DNA of 49,553 nucleotides from Mycobacteriales bacterium (GTDB lineage Bacteria; Actinomycetota; Actinomycetes; BP-191): NCBI GenBank assembly GCA_046715235.1, contig JBKJZO010000019.1, positions 1 to 49,553 of the forward strand, read 5' to 3'. Shown piece by piece: positions 44,440 to 49,553 of this stretch (position 1 is its first letter; each line of letters starts with the position of its first letter). The notes under the pieces were generated by a model. It saw only the letters and a program-made list of their open reading frames with translations, ran no database searches and was not told where the DNA came from. The position numbers and the translations under genes were made by a program.

Positions 44440-45960
44440 ATGAGCGGCGCGTTGTTGATTGCGGGGACGTCGTCCGACGCGGGCAAGAGCGTCGTCACCG
44501 CGGGGCTGTGCCGCTGGCTGGTCGACCAGGGAGTCAGGGTCGCGCCGTTCAAGGCGCAGAACATGAGCCTGAACAGTTTCGTCACGCTCGACGGCGCCGA
44601 GATCGGCCGGGCGCAGGCGATGCAGGCCGCCGCCGCGCGGATCGAGCCCGAAGCGCAGATGAATCCGGTGCTGCTCAAGCCCGGTAGTGACCGCACGTCG
44701 CAGGTCGTGGTGAAGGGCCGGGTGTTCGCCGAGGTCGACGCGCTCGGTTACCGCTCGCAGAAGGAGACGCTGCTCGAGCTCGCGCTCGAGAGCCTCGCCG
44801 ACCTGCGCAGCCGGTACGACGTCGTGATCTGTGAGGGGGCGGGCAGCGCCGCCGAGATCAACCTGCGCGCCACCGACATCGCCAACATGGGTCTCGCGCG
44901 GGCGGCCAACCTGCCGACTCTCGTCGTCGGTGACATCGATCGCGGCGGGGTTTTCGCGGGCATGTTCGGCACGCTGGCGCTGCTTTCGCCCGAGGACCAG
45001 GAGCTGGTCGCCGGGTTCATCATCAACAAGTTCCGCGGCGCGCCCGAGCTGCTGACTTCCGGCCTGCGGATGCTCACCGAGCTGACCGGCCGTGAGTTTT
45101 ACGGCGTGTTGCCCTACCGCGGCGGGCTGTGGCTCGACGTCGAGGATTCGCTCGCGATGGACGTGCCGCGCGACACGCCGACGGCGCCGCTGGGTCCTGA
45201 CGCGCTGCGCGTGGCCGTCGTACGCCTGCCGCGGTTGTCCAACGTCACCGACATCGACGCGCTCGCGGCCGAGCCCGGCGTCATCGTGCGGTTCGCGAGC
45301 ACGCCGGTCGACCTGATGGACGCCGACCTCGTCGTCATCCCTGGCACGCGCGCCACGGTTGCCGACCTGGCCTGGCTGCGCGCGCAGAAACTCGAGTCGG
45401 TCATCCGCGCCCGCGCCGCCAAGGGGCAACCGGTGCTCGGCTTGTGCGGCGGCTACCAGATGCTCGGCGCGCGCATCGTTGACCCGGTCGAGAGCGGCTA
45501 CCCGGAGCCGGTCGAGGCGCTCGGCCTGCTGCCCGTCGTCACGGCCTTCATGCAGTCGAAGGTGCTGGGGCGGCCCACGGGGATCGCGACGGCGTTCGCA
45601 GACGCTCCGGTCGCCGGCTACGAGATCCACCACGGCCGGATGATGCCGTACGGCGGCGACCCGCTGATCAAGAGCGACGACGGCGAGGACGAAGGGCTGC
45701 GCGTCGGCTCGGTCATCGGCACCGTCTGGCACGGTGCGCTTGAGAACGACGCGTTCCGCCGTTCACTCCTGATGTGGGTAGCCGAGCTCACCGGCCGCGA
45801 CTACGTGCCGGGCGACGTGTCCTTTGCCGATGTCCGCGAAGCCAGGCTCAACTCACTCGGCCGCCTCGTCGCTGACCATCTCGACACTGATCGGGTATGG
45901 CGGCTGATAGAGGACGGCGTGCCACCCGGACTTCCGTTCGTTCCGCCGGGAGCGCCCTGA
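44440..45960 (+). CDS. cobQ: Cobyric acid synthase CobQ
   Basis: LLIAGTSSDAGKSVVTAGLCRWL (P-loop) sits at the N-terminus. The C-terminal glutamine amidotransferase region has LGLCGGYQMLG. The length (506 aa) fits CobQ. Confidence 0.9.
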   Translation: MSGALLIAGTSSDAGKSVVTAGLCRWLVDQGVRVAPFKAQNMSLNSFVTLDGAEIGRAQAMQAAAARIEPEAQMNPVLLKPGSDRTSQVVVKGRVFAEVDALGYRSQKETLLELALESLADLRSRYDVVICEGAGSAAEINLRATDIANMGLARAANLPTLVVGDIDRGGVFAGMFGTLALLSPEDQELVAGFIINKFRGAPELLTSGLRMLTELTGREFYGVLPYRGGLWLDVEDSLAMDVPRDTPTAPLGPDALRVAVVRLPRLSNVTDIDALAAEPGVIVRFASTPVDLMDADLVVIPGTRATVADLAWLRAQKLESVIRARAAKGQPVLGLCGGYQMLGARIVDPVESGYPEPVEALGLLPVVTAFMQSKVLGRPTGIATAFADAPVAGYEIHHGRMMPYGGDPLIKSDDGEDEGLRVGSVIGTVWHGALENDAFRRSLLMWVAELTGRDYVPGDVSFADVREARLNSLGRLVADHLDTDRVWRLIEDGVPPGLPFVPPGAP

Positions 45961-45976
45961 CCCAAGGGAGTCGCTA

Positions 45977-46549
45977 GTGAGCCCGAGCGAACTTCTCTCC
46001 TTGCACGATTCCGCGACCGCCGAAGTACAGCGCCTCGTCGAGGGCGTGCACTCCGACGATTTCGACGACCCGACTCCCTGTCCCGAGTGGGACGTGCGTT
46101 CGCTCATCGGGCATCTCGTTGCCGGCAACCGCCACTTCGCGGCCGCGGCCAAGGGCGAGTCGCTGATGTCGATCATCGGTGACGTCGCGCCAGAGGCCGA
46201 CGCGCCGGCGTACGCCGAGTCGGCGCGGCTGACCGCCGACGCGTGGCGCGACCCGTCAGCTTTCGAGCAGGAGAACGCCGAGATGACGGTCACCGTGCAC
46301 CTGGCCGAATGCCTGCAGCACGGCTGGGACCTGGCCCGTGCCACCGGCCAGCAGCCGGAGTTCGACGACGCGCTCCTCGACGTCGTCGAGCCGTTCGCGC
46401 ACGCGATGATGCCGGAGGACCGGCCCGAGGAGATGGGCTTCGGCCCGCCGACCGAGCCGCCAGTGGGCGCGACACGGATCGACCGGCTGGCGGCTTTCTA
46501 CGGCCGTGACGCGAGTTGGCCGGACGAGCTCCCCATGCCGTCGGCCTAG
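45977..46549 (+). CDS. TIGR03086/MDMPI_N-like (DinB-fold) metal-binding protein
   Basis: GTG 45977 is preceded by AAGGGAG. PTPCPEWDVRSLIGHLVAGNRHFA is typical of actinobacterial proteins with the mycothiol-maleylpyruvate-isomerase N-terminal-domain fold. Confidence 0.65.
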   Translation: MSPSELLSLHDSATAEVQRLVEGVHSDDFDDPTPCPEWDVRSLIGHLVAGNRHFAAAAKGESLMSIIGDVAPEADAPAYAESARLTADAWRDPSAFEQENAEMTVTVHLAECLQHGWDLARATGQQPEFDDALLDVVEPFAHAMMPEDRPEEMGFGPPTEPPVGATRIDRLAAFYGRDASWPDELPMPSA

Positions 46550-46589
46550 TTGACGGAGCGGCCTTCCTCCCGAACATCACGTTCGACGA

Positions 46590-46613
46590 AAACGCCCAGT
46601 AACCCGGGCGTTT
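46590..46613. terminator. Stem-loop aaacgccc-N8-gggcgttt; possible bidirectional terminator
   Basis: A perfect 8-bp stem lies 40 nt after the stop at 46549. The T-run is better on the minus-strand reading (gggcgttttcg) than on the plus strand. Confidence 0.35.
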
Positions 46614-47314
46614 CCGTCGAGAACGATCTTGGTTAACCGGTTGATCCAGTTGCTCTCGTGCCGCGGAGTCCTGGTTGGCGCTCGCGGACGGCAAGATGGG
46701 GCTCATGGTCGGGTTCAACGGGTTGGACGTCGACGGCCCAAGCGGGGAGCGGTGGGAGCTGGCCTTGTCGTTGTTGGCTGCCGGCGAGACGCAAGTCCGC
46801 CTGGGTCGAGTCAGGTTGTACAGATCAACATCGCGGCCTCTCGCGGATGGCCGCTTGCACGCTGAAATCGAGTGCAGCGCAGCGCCTGAGTTCCTGACGC
46901 GCATCGTCGCGGAGCGGGATAGAGGGTGGACTGGCGGACGTGCACGGAGCGGCACGGTCCGACTCACGCTTCCGAGGGCTGATTGATCGCTACGGCCTGG
47001 ACTTCGACTACATAGCCGAGTACGGCATGGGCACGAGTTGGCTCGCCAACGTCCATGCTGATGGACGGATCACGTGGAGCGCTCAACTCCACTTCGATGA
47101 CCGCGGGTAGGTGCGTTACCCATGATCGTTTCGAGGCCGATCATGTGTCGTTCGCTGAACTTCCCAGAACAGCAACAGCGCCCGGGACGCATGCCGCGGG
47201 GCCGCTACACCAGCCGGAACGCCCACTGCGGCAGATGAGCGCGACGCGACCGCCGTCAGGTCCAGAGCTCGATAGGCACTTCCGGCGAGTCTTGTTCCAC
47301 GTCTGCCGTGAGGC

Positions 47315-48127
47315 CTAGGGACTGACGAAATCGGTCGGGTTAGCTACGACCACATCGGCGACGGCAACAAAGAAGCGTGACATGACCTCGATCGTCTCCA
47401 TCATCGTGGTGCTCTTCATGTGTCCGTACTTGCCGACCAGATCGTCGATGCGCTTCCGATCCTCTTGTTTCGAGCCATCGACCTTGAGCGGAGGTACTCC
47501 GTCGAACAGGCCCTGCAGCAGGTTCCACATGTTCCGATGGCTGCTCAACTCCTCCACAAGCTGTGGGGTGGTGTGCTGCCAGGCTTCTCCGAGCGCGACG
47601 ACTTCGTCGTAGTCATCGCTCGGGATCTCTGCCCCCCACAGCATGGGGTCAAGGCGCATGGAGCGCGCATCGTCGATCCAACTAGAGCGTCCCGCAACAA
47701 GTCCCACCGGGGGGTGCGTAAGAAGCTCGTTGCGAAACATGCGGATGCGAAACACGTCGAGTAGCACCGCCGCGTCCAGCTTCTGGCCAAGTCGTCGCCG
47801 TGTGGGTTCGTGCTCGACCAGTCCACGGACGGTTGCCCTCTGGTCCCCCGTGACGATCGAGAGCAAGTCTCCGTGCACCTGATCTGAGAAGACGATGGCC
47901 GCCCGAAGCATGGCACCTAGCACTCGGGCGAGCCGGAAACTCTCGATCACATCGGCCGGGCTCAGGTCTGCAGGAGGACGCGGGAGGCGATCATCCTGGA
48001 CCGCGGCCTCCGCGAAGGCATCTCGATAGACGAGCACTTCGCGGACGTGCCCCTCAACTGTGGCGAACTGCGCGCCAGGGAAGTGCTCGGCAATCACGTC
48101 GAGAGACTCCGAGATGGTCTGGGTCAC
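47315..48127 (-). CDS. Hypothetical protein (270 aa), lower GC
   Basis: Clean ORF with a GTG start and protein-like composition rich in D/E/L/V. One 60-nt line I counted inside it is 55% GC. No recognised domain. Confidence 0.6.
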   Translation of the reverse strand: MTQTISESLDVIAEHFPGAQFATVEGHVREVLVYRDAFAEAAVQDDRLPRPPADLSPADVIESFRLARVLGAMLRAAIVFSDQVHGDLLSIVTGDQRATVRGLVEHEPTRRRLGQKLDAAVLLDVFRIRMFRNELLTHPPVGLVAGRSSWIDDARSMRLDPMLWGAEIPSDDYDEVVALGEAWQHTTPQLVEELSSHRNMWNLLQGLFDGVPPLKVDGSKQEDRKRIDDLVGKYGHMKSTTMMETIEVMSRFFVAVADVVVANPTDFVSP

Positions 48128-48243
48128 GGCGTCAGGCTAGATGGATCATGCGCCACGGCGAACCCCGTGCGCTGTGGGCGACACCGGCAGTAACCGGCAA
48201 GGACGCAGTCAGCGGCAGAAGCGTGCGTTTCTGCTGAGCGGTC

Positions 48244-48624
48244 CTACGGGGATGGCGGTTGAGGCTCGAAGGCCCCGGGGCGATCCCGCTGGGGACGACG
48301 ACGGGTCCTCGCCAGTGGCCGCACCCTTCCTTCGAAGAGAGTGATTGCTGCGAATGCGTTCACGTGGTTGTGCGTGATGCGCTGCCCGCTCATCGGAAGC
48401 GGGTAGGCAGGATCCTCGTACCAGGCTGAGATGTTTTCGATGCTCGCCAGTTCAGCGTCGGTCATGTCGATCGCCCGAGCGGCGAGTTCATCCTCGCCGT
48501 AGTCCCAGAGCGCGGCGGCCACTTGGCTCTTCGAGTTGTGCACATTGAAGTTGGGCTTGCCTCGCAGAAGCTTCTTGAGTTCGGCACGCGCCGCGTGGCG
48601 CGCCAGAAGGTTCATGCGGGTCAC
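48244..48624 (-). CDS. Hypothetical protein (126 aa)
   Basis: The N-terminal two-thirds look protein-like (NLLARHAARAELKKLLRGKPNFNVHNSKSQVAAALWDYGEDELAARAIDMTDAELASIENISAWYEDPAYP). The last ~30 aa are Arg/Pro-rich, so the true 3' end is doubtful. Confidence 0.45.
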   Translation of the reverse strand: MTRMNLLARHAARAELKKLLRGKPNFNVHNSKSQVAAALWDYGEDELAARAIDMTDAELASIENISAWYEDPAYPLPMSGQRITHNHVNAFAAITLFEGRVRPLARTRRRPQRDRPGAFEPQPPSP

Positions 48625-48744
48625 GCTACTGGAGCCTGAGAGCGGCCTCGGCTCAAGCGGCTCGCGGCATGAGGACCTTCCGCGACGGCAGTCGCGCGGA
48701 CGTACCAGCCGTTAGCGAGCCGTCGAAAGAGGCATCATTGCGGC

Positions 48745-49011
48745 GTGGTGGTGACCCGGCATGCGCTCTGCATGAAGTGCGGTAGTGAGCCGCTCATCCT
48801 GATGAAGCAGCTCGACACCGGCCGCGTCTTCGCGGAGTGTGAGAAGTGCCGGACCGGCTACTGGTCGCCCTCGCTGTCCGAGGCTTTCCCTACATGGGAC
48901 TTGTACTGGGAACGAGGTCGAGCGTCGCTGGACGAGGCACGGGAGGCTGGCTTGGAGCGACCTTGCCGTGCTCGGCCAGATCCCAACGACCGAGGCCGCG
49001 CCACCACCTGA
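48745..49011 (+). CDS. Small zinc-ribbon-like protein, possibly the 5' part of a frameshifted gene
   Basis: CMKCGSEP...17 aa...CEKCRTGYW supplies two CxxC pairs. After about residue 70 the sequence turns Arg/Pro-rich, while the next frame becomes protein-like. Confidence 0.4.
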   Translation: MVVTRHALCMKCGSEPLILMKQLDTGRVFAECEKCRTGYWSPSLSEAFPTWDLYWERGRASLDEAREAGLERPCRARPDPNDRGRATT

Positions 49012-49465
49012 GGATGTGGCGGCCTGGTACGTACTCGACCGAGTCCCGCTGGAGCGCGTGCCGTGGTGGGCGGCCGAATGGCTGACGGAGGGCTACGACG
49101 GCGAGCTACTACGCGAGCTGGCAGGCGAGCATGGAGACGACCCACACAAGATCAAAGAGCTATTGGTGCCCGTCCTGCGCGAAATGGGCGTGCAGCTACC
49201 ACCTGACCTGTTGAAGGCCGCGGACCGGGCGTTCGATCACTTGGCGCGGCTATGCCTTCAAGATCAAGTGACCGAGCGGGCTGTCTCCGAAGTAGTCGCG
49301 CACGTCGTCGCCGCCGCGGGTTTCGAGACGGAGCTGTACGCCCTCCCGCTTGGCACCATCTACGGGATGGATGATGAATGGGAGGGCGGCTGGGGACGCA
49401 CCGACGAGGTCCTGCGCGCGGACGTCCGGCGAGCATGCGAACAACAACTGGCGGCGCGTCAATGA
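48968..49465 (+). CDS. Hypothetical protein; the start is uncertain
   Basis: The frame of ORF 48839-49465 is protein-like from about 48950 onward (WSDLAVLGQIPTTEAAPPPEDVAAWYVLDRVPLERVPWWAAEWLTEGYDGELLRELAGEHGDDPHKIKELL...). GTG 48968 is the first plausible start. No known domain. Confidence 0.5.
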   Translation: MLGQIPTTEAAPPPEDVAAWYVLDRVPLERVPWWAAEWLTEGYDGELLRELAGEHGDDPHKIKELLVPVLREMGVQLPPDLLKAADRAFDHLARLCLQDQVTERAVSEVVAHVVAAAGFETELYALPLGTIYGMDDEWEGGWGRTDEVLRADVRRACEQQLAARQ

Positions 49466-49553
49466 GCGACCCGCGGCCGCCCGCAGCAGGCTAGACATCG
49501 GGCTGTCGGCAGGCACCACTTCCATGCGCGGTCTGCGGCAGATGCGGATGTTC

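Noticed and set aside
46675-46986. 103-aa plus-strand ORF as a bona fide gene
   Set aside because: The composition is only moderately protein-like, and the ORF appears to continue in a different frame. I treat it as possible pseudogene debris under the finding for 46550-49553, not as a feature.
49250-49525. 91-aa minus-strand ORF at the window end
   Set aside because: It overlaps the better plus-strand ORF 48968-49465 in antisense and has poor composition.

Overview
High-GC (spot counts above 70% in most genes) actinobacterial-type chromosomal DNA that falls into four zones. (1) 132-21349, minus strand: a ~21.2 kb operon of six translationally coupled ORFs (231, 3375, 667, 351, 1291 and 1153 aa). 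I could recognise almost no characterised domains in them. The exceptions are Asp-box/BNR motifs in the last gene, a nucleophile-less lipase-like motif, a hydrophobic Gly-rich beta-type domain, and a histone-H1-like Lys/Ala/Pro tail in the giant gene. This operon is my candidate for the undescribed system. (2) 21.4-29.3 kb: an accessory patch holding an IS110 relic, a truncated and frameshifted ISL3 transposase, a visibly lower-GC gene for a 1379-aa secreted LCAT-like lipase, and an apparently intact IS630 element. (3) 29.5-46.5 kb: ordinary genes, namely mgsA, ltrA-family, psuG-psuK, an SRAP peptidase, a secreted clan GH-A-like hydrolase, a delta-60-repeat/FN3 protein, a small helical protein plus DUF1023 hydrolase pair, DUF456, a siroheme-synthase-type dehydrogenase, a cobalamin riboswitch driving cbtB-cbtA-cobC-cobD-cobQ, and a TIGR03086-like protein. 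(4) 46.6-49.5 kb: a lower-GC patch of orphan small genes, some possibly degraded. I saw no rRNA, tRNA or CRISPR array. All domain calls come from motif recognition by eye. No database search was run.
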